Counted from the first letter of the stretch, positions 46,611-60,220 are shown. The stretch: DNA of 64,000 nt from Octopus sinensis (GCF_006345805.1 NC_043011.1:46078464-46142463), one strand, 5' to 3'. Numbers and translations: made by a program. Notes: generated by a model not told the origin, from the letters alone.

Positions 46611-46955
46611 ATCATCATCATCATCATCGTTTAACATCCGCCTTCCATGCTAGCATGGGTTGGACAATTTGACTGAGGACTGGCGAACCAGATGGCTGCA
46701 CCAGGCTCCAATCTTGATCTGGCAGAGTTTCTACAGCTGGATGCCCTTCATAATGCCAACCACTTGGAGAGTGTAGTGGGTGCTTTTACATGCCACTGGC
46801 ACGAGGGTCAGTCAGGCGGTGCTGGCAATGGCCACGCTCAAATGGTGTTTTTTACGTGTCACCTGCACAGGAGCCAGTCCAGTGGCACTGGCAACGACCT
46901 CGCTTGAATGTTTTTTCCCCGTGCCACCAGCACAAGTGCCAGTAAGGCAACGCTG
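46611..46955 (-). mobile_element. Repeat C
   Basis: CATCATCGTTTAACATCCG...CTACAGCTGGATGCCCTTC. Confidence 0.88.
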
Positions 46956-48214
46956 TTATTTAATTAACATTCATCTAATCTACCATTTTGAAGTACAGAT
47001 TTTAATCTGTTGGTTTGTTTCAACAGCTTTGCTTTCACTGTTTATTTTAGGCTGTCAAAGATAAAGGGGTGGGGGAATGTTTGAGTGGTTTTATTGTCAG
47101 AGTTCAAAATAGAACACCTAGAAATAGAGAACTGCTCACAATATCAACAAAGTATGAAGAGGACCCTCAACAAATCTACAGCTCAACATAGGTAAAAAAA
47201 AAAATCATTTCAGAGATGAGAGACTTGAAGATGAGAAAGGTACTGAATGACTTTCTGTAATTGATAGCGACTAATTTAAGACCATTACTGAAATCAACCC
47301 ATGTAAAAAAAAACCTCAAGAGGTGCAGAAGAACTAAAAAGAGACCATTTAAAATTCATTCAATATTTGTTCCACAAATTAAGAGACAAAAAATAACTGT
47401 TGCTATTTGAGCTGATCAAAAACAGACAAAAATCATCTCCTTTATGAAGTTTTCTTCCTGCTGTTTTGTGCAAAGACTTTGATTTATGTTTTTTGATTGC
47501 TTTGTGATATGTGATGGGATATGGATTCTGAGATGACTGCTCTCAGACAGATTTGTGGTTGGGCCTGTGGAAGAATACAGTATTTCCAAAAGATATATGA
47601 TGTCATAAGTTGACAGTGTCTTGATAAGGTACTACAAGATGTGTACTGTATTTTGCAGCACAAAGCTGACATAGTATATAGTGTAAACATTCAAACAACG
47701 CTACTGTCATTCCAAATCTAGTTGCATTTTACATGAAATGTTTGGTCTTCCAAACAACTAAACTGTTTTGGATTTAAATTTAGGTGTGAAAATTTTGACT
47801 TGTATGTTAGAAAATATGGAGCTTAAAATATGAAGAATTTAGGGAAATCTAACACATGATGATGGAAGTGTGGAGTGTTTCTAAAAGAGGTAGGATGTCA
47901 TGGGTTGCAGCTAGATCCACAATGTCCAACCAGATTGGTAATTAACTTAAGAAGGAAATCAAAGAAGTGATTCATGAACTGGAGAGGTTAGAACAAAATG
48001 CTTCCATCATGGATATGGAAGAAATATGTGTAACCAAAGCTGAGAGTAAATCCTTAAAAAGTAGCGAAACATGTTGGAGTGCTTGCACAAGTGGTGTGTA
48101 GTGGTGACTGAATAACGAACAAGAATAGTAAATTGATATTGTGGACAAGAAGAACCTGGATATTCACTAGTAGCATCACTGCTGTTCAGTACTGCCAAAG
48201 AAACGCTCTCTTTT

Positions 48215-48426
48215 TATATGTGTGTGTCTGTGTTTGTCCCCCCAACATTGCCTGCTAACTGATGCTGGTGTGTTTACGGCCCCGTCACTTAGCAGTTCGG
48301 CAAAAGAGACCGATAGAATAAGTACTGGGCTTACAAAGAATAAGTCCCGGGGTCGATTTGCTCGTCTAAAGGTGGTGTTCCAGCATGGCCGCAGTCAAAT
48401 GACTGAAACAAGTAAAAGAGAAAAGA

Positions 48427-48427
<1 letters not shown>
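48215..48427 (+). mobile_element. SINE-A, 3' half
   Basis: TTTGTCCCCCCAAC..GGCCGCAGTCAAATGACTGAAACAAGTAAAAGAG. Confidence 0.9.
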
Positions 48428-48472
<45 letters not shown>

Positions 48473-49225
48473 GTATATATATGAAATATCCATAACCAAC
48501 TGTAACATCATTTAACATCATTACTCTTCTTCTAAATGGCATTGATTCGCCTGGTGGGTCATATTAACACCAGATGAAATGAATTGAAAAGGATTCTTCC
48601 CTATTTATTTATATGTTTATATATTTGCCACCAGCACCACCAGCACCAGCACCAGCACCAGCACCACCACTACTACTGCTGTTAGCTGTTATATTTCTGG
48701 AATAAAAAAAAAAAATAAACATTACAAATTGGGAAGTTCTATTCTGATTATTAAAGAGAAGATGAAGCCATCAGACTGTCTACAAAACGTTTCAACACTT
48801 TTTCATAAATAACTGAACTCTTCCACGAATGTAGGAGAAACTGCCGGTGGGTATGTCAGTAAGGATATCTGCCAACTATGATAATTTCAAACAATCAAAT
48901 GAAGTCAAAAAAGTAATATTTCATCAGTGAACTGGAAAATGTGCTTTTTTTTTTTCCTTTTTTTTTTTTTTTGGCAATATTTTGCTGTTAGTATGGAAAC
49001 AGTCCAGATTTACTTAAGATCGAACAAACCCAAACAGCAAACAGAAAATGAGATTTCAACCAAAAAGAGCATTTTTTTTTTATTTGTTTTTGGTTTACAG
49101 AATTGCTTGTTCAGTTTAATTCTTGAGACTTCAAAAAAAAAAAAAAAGGAAGAAAGAAAGAAAGAGATGCAAAATAAATCATGTGTAAGGAATTGTAATT
49201 CTTCAGATCAGAAGTTTTGTAATTA

Positions 49226-49950
49226 GGAGGGTTTTACAAAAAGTAATGCAGAAGAGGGCATAACTTTTATTAATTGACATAGGTTGTTCACATTACACGT
49301 GTTGGCAGAGTAACTCTTTTTCTACAGTAACTCTTCGATCTGTCCTTCTCCATTAGAGACAAATAATGGGTTCCAAGCAGAAGCATTGTGCCATCATTGA
49401 GTTTTGGATGAAGGAATGAGGCAAGCTGTCTGACATCTATAGCAAGCTACAAATTGTTTATGAAAATGACACAAGTGACAAGAGAAATGTGTACGGATGG
49501 AGGGAGAATTTTAAAGAAGAGAAAAAGTATTAAAGACAAACCATGTAGCAGGGGAACCATCAATTGTGGCCATTGTCACTAGTTTCCAACGACTGGAATA
49601 TAGTTACAAAGCATTACAGAATATGGAGGAAGACTTTGGGTATCAGAAAGTGTGGGCAAAGTAGGTACTTAGCAGTTGACACCTGAATTAAAAGAGAGAA
49701 CGGTGGAAGTCTTCTCCAATCTGCTGGAACCATTTGAAGTCAATGAAGATGTTTTTTTTTTTTTTGATCTGGAGACAGGGAAGGAAGCATGGCCATTCCT
49801 TATGGTACATAAAGAAAGGCTCAGTTCATGAAATGGGGGTCACACATCTTCTCCAAGACCTAAGAGGTTCAAGTGCTAGGGATCAGCTTGAAAGTTATGG
49901 TAATTGTTCCTTTGATTTTCTGGAATATAATTGTATTGTGAACAGTAAGT
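49226..49950 (+). pseudogene. mariner (DD34D-type) transposon left part with decayed transposase
   Basis: TA|GGAGGGTTTTACAAAAAGTAATGC TIR; KHCAIIEFW..VYENDTSDKRNVYGW..F, LGYQKVWAK..LTPELK and HTSSPRPKRFK..SA*KVM motifs. Confidence 0.78.
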
Positions 49951-50299
49951 GAAACAGTCACCATCATCATTTTAACACCTTTTAATCCCTAGTTACTCCT
50001 CTTTCTAATCATTACACCCCTAAAACCTTATATCCTCCCCAGTCATTTGAAAGGCTGACACTCACAGTTAAACTAAAACATAAAACATATCTGGGGTTGT
50101 TATCATAATAGAAAAGATTGAATTCACAGTATTTTATTAATTAACATTTAAATTTCAGAGTTACCTCCTTTGCCTTTATTATGACCAAATTTACTCATTT
50201 AGACAAGGAATTATTTTCACCTCTCTAATCTTAATTGATAGATATTTCTCACTTCTTTCTAGCACTGACTTCACTATTTTCATATAACCTCGAGAACTA

Positions 50300-50545
50300 G
50301 ATGACTTGAGAATAAATGTGTCAGTCAAGGACACATATGAAACCCATGAAAAGATATGACAAACAGCTATTTCAGTTGTCTGTGTGATACTAACAGAACT
50401 TTAGACACTTTACAAAACACAAATCAAAAGATCGGTACTTCTGTCATGCGACATCTGAGAGCCACAAAGAACATCAAATGGTAGCAACATATCTCTAACT
50501 CTGAAGTCCTCAGGAAAACTGGCTTTGAATCCATTCGCTATAAAA
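50300..50545 (+). pseudogene. RTE LINE RT C-terminal remnant
   Basis: TLYKTQIKR and MRHLRATKNIKW*QHISNSEVLRKTG. Confidence 0.55.
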
Positions 50546-50830
50546 CTTATTCCAGCATAAAAGCAACCCTCATGATGTTACATTTTTGCTTCCTTTTTAG
50601 CTCTAAGTTGAGATACCTGATCCTTCCTCAACCCCAAAATAACCATTTTTATTAGATAGAAACATTTTTACTGATGTTTGGGAAACAATAATGATATTGC
50701 GTTTCTTTGATAATGATACTATAACCAACTGAAAAATAAGTCTCTCCCTCAATGCATCACAAATTTATTACTGGTATCCTTTCCAAATACTCTGATATCC
50801 TTTCTTCGTTTCCCACATCTAAATATCTCT

Positions 50831-51000
50831 CACCTGCGCTGCCTCCAGAAAATCCTTGGCATCAAATGGCAGAATCATGTCTCCAACAAAGATGTCCTCA
50901 AGCAAGCAGGAATACCAAGCATGTTTGCACTCTTCACACAAAGACGTATGAGATGGCGAGAACATGTTAGCCGTATGGAAGATGGCAGAATCCCCAAGGA
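50831..51000 (+). pseudogene. RTE (BovB-like) LINE remnant
   Basis: HLRCLQKILGIKWQNHVSNKDVLKQAGIPSMFALFTQRRMRWREHVSRMEDGRIPK. Confidence 0.85.
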
Positions 51001-51260
51001 AATAAACAATATCCCATGTAATTAAGTGTACTTCCTAAATATGCAATGGATTCACCTGAAAAATACTGTGCCTCAAATCCTGTTAGTTACATAACTATCC
51101 ACTCCTGCATTCTACCTCTACTTGCAACTCAGTAGAATAAGGACCATTTAGAAATAAGATATTTTCCCCTCCTCGACTGTTTAAAAGTGCTACATTAACT
51201 AGGTGATGCTGCATACACCAACTGTCTTTTATTCCGTTTGGTGCCCCTTAAAAAAATGTA

Positions 51261-51677
51261 GGTGGTGAGCTGGCAGAAACGTTAACATGCCGGGCGAAAT
51301 GCTTAGCAGTATTTCGTCTGTCTTTACATTCTGAGTTCAAATTCCGCTGAGGTCGACTTTGCCTTTCATCCTTTCGGGGTTGATTAAATAAGTACCAGTT
51401 ACGCACTGGGGTCAATGTAATCGACTTAATCTCTTTGTCTGTCCTTGTTTGTCCTCTCTGTGTTTAGCCCCTTCTGGGTAGTAAAGAAATAGGTATTTCA
51501 TCTGTCTTTACATTCTGAGTTCAAGTTCCGCCGAGGTCGACTTTGCCTTTCATCATTTCAGGTTCGATTAAATAAGTACCAGTTATGCACTGGGGTCGAT
51601 GTAATCGACTTAATCTCTTTGTCTGTCCTTGTTTATTCCCTCTATGTTTAGCCCCTTGTGGGCGGTAAAGAAATAAG
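51261..51677 (+). mobile_element. SINE-B1 head-to-tail dimer, 184-bp period
   Basis: (A/G)GTATTTC(G/A)TCTG at 51308 and 51492; second unit lacks the A-box. Confidence 0.92.
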
Positions 51678-52089
51678 AAATAAGATATTTTCTCCTTTCA
51701 CTCTTATGATGTTTAATCATGAAGCTTTTTAACGAAACATTTTCAGAGTTCTTAAATGTCTTCCTTTCTAAAACATTTGTAACTGACAAAACAGATGGTG
51801 TAGTAAAAAATAACATTTATAGTTTGATATTTAGCGACATCACTTAAATTCTGACATTGTTATCTTTATTATGTAATCACCCGATTTTTGAAAACATATT
51901 GATATTTTGATCTGAGTAATTAGTTAATACCAACTAAAAATAAAACACAAGATTATGTAACATATAATCTGTATTTAATTAAAATATTGAATCATCCTTC
52001 AGTACCTCAAAAATACAGTTGTTACACATATCAAAGAATTAGTCTTTCTTTATAAATAATAAACCTTGAAGTGTTGGGTTTCAGAACCT

Positions 52090-52250
52090 CTGATTATAAC
52101 TCATGGCTGCCCCACATGCATGTCAAGGCAAAACTGCATCCAGAAGACTAGGTTTCCTCTTTGCAGCCAGAAAATACTCTATCATAGACATAGACTGGTT
52201 GCTGACTATCTCTGAAGTAACTTGGTAAGACCCATAGTCATGCTGTCTTT
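52090..52250 (+). pseudogene. Decayed non-LTR RT fragment
   Basis: SWLPH..AKTASRRLGFLFAARKY resembles WxxHIxxxxKxASxxLGFLxRxxKY. Confidence 0.35.
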
Positions 52251-52329
52251 CCTTTTTGTCTCTATTACAACAGACATAACGACAACTGCTGCTTTAAACT
52301 AACAAATATAATGACAACTACTCCTTTAA

Positions 52330-52540
52330 TCCTTCAGCATTTAAACCATCAAAATCTGGCCCAAATATTCTACATGATTTATGCTTAAACTGGACAAATC
52401 TGACCTCTTGCACCCACCCTATAATGTCATTCTAAAAATAAACAATCACTTCATCAAAACCTCAAAGCTATGAGATAATACATTATTAATTCAAAACAAT
52501 GAGAATAATAAAGCATTACAGTTGATAAAATAATCGAATG
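52330..52540 (+). mobile_element. MITE-F interrupted near its right end by SINE-A
   Basis: TTAA|TCCTTCAGCATTTAAACC...AATGTCATTCTAAAAATAAACAATCAC. Confidence 0.75.
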
Positions 52541-52927
52541 GGAGTGGCTGTGTGGTAAGTAGCTTGCTAATGAACCACATGGTTCCGAATTCAGTCCCAC
52601 TGTGTGGCACCTTGGGCAAGTGTCTTCTGCTATAGCCTCAGGCTGACCAAACCCTTGTAAGTGGATTTGGTAGATGGAAACTGAAAGAAGCCCGTCATAT
52701 ATATGTATGTGTGTGTATATGTTTGTGTGTCTGTGTTTGTCCCCCAACATCGCTTGACAACCGATGCTGATGTGTTTATGTTCCCCCATAAATTAGTGGT
52801 TTGGCAAAAGAGACCAATAGAATAAGTACCAGGTTTACAAAGAATAAGTCCTGGGGTCGATTTGGTTGACTAAAGTGGTGCTCCAGCATGACCACAGTCA
52901 AATGACTGAAACAAGTAAAAGAGTAAA
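52541..52927 (+). mobile_element. SINE-A, full length
   Basis: GGAGTGGCTGTGTGGTAAGTAGCTTGC..GAATTCAGTCCCACTG..CACCTTGGGCAAGTGTC...GTAAAAGAGTAAA. Confidence 0.93.
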
Positions 52928-53961
52928 CAAGCTACATACAATTTTTAACCCAAAGACTATCTTTCCTTTCCTTGTCATATCTTCTATATCCTACATAAAA
53001 CATGTCATCACATCATTTCTGCTCATATATTCTTCAGTACATGTCTTTCTACAGACGTTTTAATAGAATATTAACAGCACTTGAGCCATCTTGGCAGATC
53101 AGCAGCAGCAGCCGTCCAAGAATTTGGACCTGGAGATCTCCATTTCCAGTGACATCGAGTGGTGTCGGGCATCAATGAAGATCCCTCGACTACAACAAGA
53201 TGACCAAAGTTTTTTTTTTTTCCAAGGTCTGGGGTCTCCCGCCCCTAAGCCCTAGACCGTCACCTAATCACCCTTACCCATCTTGTTGCTTAACAACAAC
53301 AACAACATCAGCTGCAGCAACTGCAGTCAGGGATATTACTTCCCCGCCAGAAAATGAGAAAAGCATAGTAAATTCCAAATATGGTCATTGATGACAGAAT
53401 TATAATTTAATTAATTGGCTATAAATTCTAAAAAACTATTTTACCAGATGCATTGAAATATCTAGTTTCAATCTGAAACTGTTTGAAGTCCATAAATAAC
53501 TGTTTGAAGCTACTCCATTGACAGATGTGTCAAAGAGAATTATAAGCTTAAATAGAATTTGGTGTTTACTGAAGTCAATTAGACAAGTTCTAAGCACTAT
53601 AAGTAACCCTCGTAGAAACTGAGAATGCTATAGTAAATCAATATTGTCACATGGATTCTTAGAATGTCTCTAACAAAATAATCGATGTTGATAACATTAG
53701 AACTGTAGTTTCAGTTCCTGTTTTATAAAATGTTATTACAAGGTTGTCCAATAGTCTTTTCTACAGAGATTTAGATAAACTTTCAACACAATCTCTATCT
53801 GAAAGCTACATAATTTGACATATAATGTACATGCATTGCACTTATAAACAAAGATGTACACATACATACACACACACACACGTGTCTAAGTGTGTGTATG
53901 TATGTATACATCTTTGTTTTTATAAGTGCCATACATGTATGTAATATATACATATTACATG

Positions 53962-54020
<59 letters not shown>

Positions 54021-54362
54021 TACCTTTCCTTCAATGGACACTAAACTCTGCTTGCGAAGACCTGTTGAGGCAAGTGAAATCAAAATCGAAATCAAATTCA
54101 ATGACTGGCATCCATGCTAGTGGGCGCTAATAGCACCATCTGAGCATGATCGATGCCAGAGCAGCTAACTGGCTTCCATGCCAGTGGCATGTAAAAAGCA
54201 CCATTCAAGCATGATCGTTACCAGTGTCGTCTTACTGGCATTGTGCTGGTGGCACATGAAAAAGCATTTGAGCAAGGTCATTGCCAGGTCGCTGCCAGAT
54301 CAGATTGGAGCCTGGTGCAGCCATCTGGTTCGCCAGTCCTCAGTCAAATCATCCAACCCATG
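54021..54362 (+). mobile_element. Repeat C, including its more 5' region
   Basis: TACCTTTCCTTCAATGGACACTAAACTCTGCTTGCGAAGACC...CAAATCATCCAACCCATG; (GAT)n tail missing. Confidence 0.8.
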
Positions 54363-55030
54363 TTGTAGGTATAATGAAATCCATTGGAAGGATAACCTTG
54401 AGGAAAAGAAATAAGTACCCACAGTGTGGTAGAGGCCATAGCCACTCATAATAAAAAGGTGTAAGGTGTACTGGTGGAATATCCCAGTGAAGATCTCAAT
54501 AAAATGTAAGTACAACAGACCTGATATAATGATTTGGGATAGAGAAGAGAAACTGTGCACAGTTGTGGAAATTAGCTGTCCAGCGTATGTTAACATAAAG
54601 CTGAAGATCAGTGATAAAGAGAACACCTAGGCTGAACTATTGAGAAATCTGCAGTTACTCTATCCAGATTACAACCTGAGGTTTATACCTGTAATTATCG
54701 GGGCCATGGGATCTTGAAAAATTAGGCTTGTCAAAACCAGAAAGGAGAAAGCTAATTCAAAGACTACAGATTCAGTCCATCACTGGAATTGTAAAAGTCT
54801 GTAAAACTTTCTAGAAGTTTATCATTTAAATATATATGAGCATGTCCAGATATGCTGCTATATGCAAGAGAATACATACATAAAGCAAAACATACAAATC
54901 TGCATGTATACATACAAACAAAATTATCCTGTTGTTGATGTTGAAATTCCAATGAAGGAACTTTGGATCTAGGTTAGAGACCAACTCTTTCTCTATTAGC
55001 ATGAAATCTGGAAACAAAACTGAACAATGA
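54363..55030 (+). mobile_element. R4/Dong-like LINE 3' end (RLE domain + 3' UTR)
   Basis: YWWNIPVKISIKCKYNRPDIMIWDREEKLCTVVEISCP..YPDYNLRFIPVIIGAMG, PD-(D/E)xK RLE pattern; ends at (CA)n. Confidence 0.8.
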
Positions 55031-55033
55031 CAA

Positions 55034-55089
<56 letters not shown>

Positions 55090-55109
55090 TCATGTTGGAA
55101 GAAATATGT

Positions 55110-55560
55110 AACACCTCTTGAAATGCTTTCTTCATTTTCTGATAAACAAAAAAAACTGACTTGGAGAAAAATTGACAGATGTTATTGCAAAGGATGTGTC
55201 AGAGATGGGTTCAAAGATGTAGACTTTGGTAACATAAATGCTATTTTAAAATTTACAGAGATGAAATAAGTTTTACTGAGATGAAATAAGCAGTGGCAAA
55301 ATGTTGTTTAACCTCAAAAAGCTGGAAAAGTAATATTGTTTCTTGATAATTTAAGGCTGATAACTCAGTTCATTAATTTTCTCAATATTAAAAGACTCCC
55401 ACATACTTAAAGGTACAAAAGTTATGATATAGAGACAAGATTTAGAGTTTGTGAATCAAAGTGCTTGGACAGATTCAGAAGTGAAAAACAGCTATTGTAC
55501 TCTTTTGTAATCAGAAATCAAAAATAAAGATTTTACAGAAGAAAGATTAGGAGGTAAAAA
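55110..55560 (+). pseudogene. Decayed hAT transposase fragment
   Basis: Frameshifted GEKLTDVI.., LVT(D)NA-like and DIETRF..CLDRF resemble HTGExI / VTDNA / DVxTRW motifs. Confidence 0.4.
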
Positions 55561-57082
55561 CATTTAAGAAACAAATTCACTACATGGAATGATACGTAGA
55601 TGATAAAATTTTCCTAAACTATTCCAAGCATAGAAAATGGACATGAAATGAACGATTTAGAATTGTTTGTCTTCCTTCCTGAGAATCCCAAATGAAAACA
55701 AAACAAACTAACCAAGAAAGAGATATTCTGGAGATGTTAAAGTTTGGAAACTAAAGCACTCTTTCTATCTATATATGTATATATATATTTTGTACAAACA
55801 TCTTTTATACATTTTAAAAATCAGCTTCCTTAATTTATTCAAATCTGCCTTGGAGCATTAAAGGTATTACAAACTTCAGGGACCCTTTAGAGTGGTACCT
55901 TATTCACATTAAGTAAATACGAGATACATTTTCCTCTGGACTGGAGGCCCGTGTTTTTACATAACTTTCTCTTGAAGTACTTGCATATATTCTTGACAGT
56001 AAAATATTTGAAATAAAGAGTTCTGCACAAAAACATGACAAAATGCTAGTGATGGAGTTGAACTCATAAACCAAGAAACAGTAGCCCAATACCTTATCCA
56101 TTAAGCCATTTCCCTTGTGCACTGAGACTGACAATAAATTTGAATTCACAAGCCATTGCACTGCTAATCCAGTAAGTTAGCTATTTTCTTATTTCACATT
56201 TACTTTAGAACTGACTTTATTCTTAAATACAGCTTCTATTTATAGGTTCTGACTCTTGTGGTATTAGTTATTACCCATGTATAGATACTGTTGTAAGTTA
56301 TTGATCTGCTTACTCTGATGTTGGTCCTAATTCAATCTTCTGGGATTGTCTCCATCCACACAGACAATGTTTCTCAACTATTTATATTTTTATTGTAAAT
56401 TTTCCACTTAAAAACGGAAGGAAATGAAATTCTATTGAAATTTTGAAATCTATTTGGATGCTGAACAATACAGTTTAGAAAACACACCAGCAGTAATATA
56501 AGATTGTTTCTCAAGCTAGACACAACGTTGAAATAAATTAGGTTATATTAACAATATATAGGTTGCATATTGCTAATATAATTATACATGCTAACCACAG
56601 CAATTCAACTAAAACAAAGACTATTACAATATTTTTCTTTGTGTAAACAGTTATTATATAGGGTTATTATATATACTAGTTATTATTGTTTGGCCTTAGA
56701 ACAAAGTATAAGCAAAGGCATTTCAGACATGATCATTCTGTCTTTCTGTACGTCAGGGATAACATTATTCAATTCTATTGTTAAAGCAGTAAATGTGTGG
56801 TTTGAGAGAGACACGAATGTTGAGTCTCCATCTGCTGGAAATAGCAGATGGAATGACTGCATAGAGTTTCCTTTCTTTGTAATGATGGATGTTGCTTACT
56901 TACAAAGTCTACATATAATATTAGAAGCAACCTTACCTCCTATCTTATGCTATCTCTCCAAAGAAAAACAGCTGAAGTGAAGTGATGTAAAGATAGTTGC
57001 ATAAGTGATTACATAGATCTGGTCTCGTGTGACACTACTACTACTACTACTACTGCTACTACTACTACTGCTGTTTCTCTGC

Positions 57083-57290
57083 TTATTTCTTATATCTTTA
57101 CTGCCCACAAGGGGCTACACACAGAGGGGACAAACAAGAACAGACAAACGGATTAAGTCGATTATATCGACTCCAGTGCGTAACTGGTACTTATTTAATC
57201 GACCCCGGAAGGATGAAAGGCAAAGTCGACCTCGGCGGATTTGAACTCAGAACGTAGCGGCAGACAAAATACCACTAAGCATTTTGCTCA
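57083..57290 (-). mobile_element. SINE-B1
   Basis: CTGGTACTTATTTAATCGACCCCGGAAGGATGAAAGGCAAAGTCGACCTCGGCGG. Confidence 0.9.
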
Positions 57291-57690
57291 GCAGCCAGCA
57301 ATGTTGAGAGCAAGGGTTTTAGTCACCATCATAGACTTGAATACTAGATTGGCACTTAAATTTATTGACCCCCAGAGAGTTGAAGAGCAAAATTGACCTT
57401 GGTCAGATTCGAGCTGTGACTAAATAATGCAATTTCTTAAATTGGAACAGTATTTCAAATTTGGAGCAGTGGGGAATCATCAAATCAGACAAGGAAATAA
57501 AGTCAATTATGAAGAGATTTAACCTGAAAAAGGGATAAAAATACTGCAAGGTAGTAAATTATTGTATCATTTCAGTGTACAGTAATTGTTATTTTATTGA
57601 CTATGGAAGGACTATTGATAAAGTTAACCAGGGTAGGAATTGAACTAAATTTTGTGAGGATACTAACTATTCTGTCATTCACCACTCTTC

Positions 57691-57725
<35 letters not shown>

Positions 57726-57739
57726 TAATAATAATAATG

Positions 57740-57791
<52 letters not shown>

Positions 57792-57990
57792 TAATAATAA
57801 TCCTTTCTGTTATAGGCACAAGATCTGGGGAGTGGGATAGTCGATCACATCAACCCCTGTACTTGACTGGTATTTTATTGACCCTGAAAAGATGAAAGGC
57901 AAAGTCGACTTTGATGGAATTTGAACTCAGAACATAAAGACAAATGAAATGCCACAAAACATTTTGCCCAACATGCTAATGATTCTGCCA
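57691..57990 (-). mobile_element. SINE-B2 (57801-57990) with a ~110-bp (ATT)n tail
   Basis: GATGAAAGGCAAAGTCGACTTTG..GAATTTGAACTC; (AAT)n 57691-57800. Confidence 0.85.
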
Positions 57991-58978
57991 TCTTGAGTAA
58001 TAATAATAGTCTTCACAGTGATGCCCAGAACTGAGGGTAGCTGAAGCCAAAGGACGCTACTACAAATAGCTTATGGGTTCATACATAATATCTTCTTCCT
58101 AATTCTGTTCTGTGTTCTTGGGTAAAGCAATGATGAACAAAACTCTATAGAAGCTGGCCATTATCAGCATTGAAACTAATGCATAGTAGATAAGTATTTT
58201 GTTACTTTTACATTATTCAGCTGAAGTTAAGGAAACTTTTTACTTAAGAGGAATAGCTTTCGTCAGGTTACATATTCACAATAATGCCCTGCATAAAAAT
58301 CCATCAATAATATTCCAAATATTACATACAGAACATTCTTTTAATAACCTTAATGTGAGAATACAAAATAAAATTAATTTTCCAAAAATACTAAAATTTT
58401 CTTTGTAAAATTTTAAAAAATATTACAATATTCACATTTGTAAATATTCAACTTCTACAGAATTCGAGCATGTTTTAATGAAAAATCAGCTGAAAGAGAA
58501 TCTGTCCGAAGCTACATTAATGGAAGTCTATATGGAAATAAACATTTCTCAAGGAATAGATTAACAGACTTTTCTAAATCACTTTTCAATGTTAAATTAC
58601 TGATTGCGTTAACATGGTTGTTTTTATCGAAGATCAATAATGAATACATCTGTATGTCTTGTGCAGTATCATTGATACAACTATTAATTTATTGATCTTT
58701 CCTAATATTATCTTGATTTTTAATAAGACCATTCTATTTATTTGATACAAATTGTTAAACACCATGTATGGTGGTGGTGGGGGTCTGGGTGGAGAGTGGG
58801 AACATGCATGTGCAGGGAAAAAAATCTATGAGTGTACATACAGGCTAAATATTCTTATTACCATACAGCCAAAGATTATAATCAATTGAAATGAGATCAA
58901 TGAATTACTGGTACATATTTTATCAATTACTGACTATTGGAGATGTAAAATTCAGACTCAGAATATTTATACAGGTGC

Positions 58979-59328
58979 AGGCATAATTGTGTGGTAAGAG
59001 GCTTGCTTCTTAACAACATGGTTCTGGGTTCAGTCCCACTGCATGGCACTGTGGGCAAGTGTCTTCTACTATAGCCTTGGGCCGACCAGAGCCTTGAGAG
59101 TGGATTTGGTAGATGGAAACTAAAAGAAGCCCATTGTGTGTGTGCACGCACATATTTTTGTGTCTGTGTTTGTCCCCTTCCCCCACCACTTGACAACCGG
59201 TGTTGGTTAGTTTATGTCCCCATAACTTGGTCGCTTGGCAAAAGGAGACTGATTGAATAAGTACCAGCATTTAAGAGAAAATAAGTACTGAGGTCAATTC
59301 ATTAGACTAAGAATTCTTCAAGGCTGGT
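58979..59328 (+). mobile_element. SINE-A, older copy
   Basis: GTGTGGTAAGAGGCTTGC..GGTTCAGTCCCACTGC..GGGCAAGTGTC..GATTTGGTAGATGGAAAC. Confidence 0.85.
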
Positions 59329-59469
59329 ACTTATTCAGAGTTACTTTCATAATTTTATTGAATTAGGTGCATATTTTGCCATAAAAGGAAACTGTTGCTA
59401 TTGATCCATTTTATTCAAGGTAGGTACTGCCTACCTTGCCTACCTAGGCAGCATGTCCCTGCTATATAT

Positions 59470-59512
<43 letters not shown>

Positions 59513-60034
59513 CAGGAATCTTGCAACTCCTATGTAACAAACCCACTCACAAGGCTTTGGTCAGTCCAGGGCTATAGTAAGAGACACTTGCTCAAGTTTC
59601 CATATAGTGGAACTGGACCCAGAACCATTTAGTTGGGAACCAAACTTTTTACCACACAGCCGTACCTGCATCTATGTTTAATTCATCATCATTGTTTAAC
59701 GTCTGTTTTTCCATGCTAGCATGGGTTGGATTAATATTTTAAATTATTTATCAAACATTACAATCATAATTTCAGCAAAACCTTCTCTTTGAATAAACAA
59801 AATTTATAGAAGTAGCCTAGTTAATTTATATTGTACTACTGTTATAGGTATATCAATTAATTATCCTACACTGCAGTATCTGGCACTCTGACTATAGAAA
59901 CAGCACTTAAATGTTATTTACCCACTTGTAGATAAGATACAGTTGACTATTGGTGCACCTGGGAGATATTATTCTAAGCTGAGCACATGAGCATTTGTTC
60001 AAGGCTGGAGAAGGCATGACATAAACATTGTAAA

Positions 60035-60220
60035 GCATGTTCCATTTGAAAAGTTCCTGGCTTTGGGTAAAAGAAAATACAGGAGGATCTGTAAATTATG
60101 ATTTTGTTCAATATAATCCCTTCCCAGATTCACACACTTATTGCAGGTCCTTCAGTTTTTTAAGCCCTGTAAAAGAACTTGGAAGGTTGGGCCACCAACC
60201 AGGCCTTTCAACATACCCTT
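60035..60220 (-). mobile_element. mariner right-end fragment
   Basis: GLKKLKD..CNKCVNLGRDYIE C-terminal mariner motif followed by a TIR-like CCATTTGAAAAGTTCC. Confidence 0.65.

Noticed and set aside
53080-53200. GC-richer segment with CAG repeats and open frames
   Set aside because: No recognisable domain or splice pair; left unassigned.
55515-55553. 39-nt exon-like segment (EIKNKDFTEERLG)
   Set aside because: Lies inside a putative decayed hAT transposase remnant.
56588-56980. 130-aa ORF with an overlapping antisense open frame
   Set aside because: No domain, motif or convincing donor; consistent with chance.
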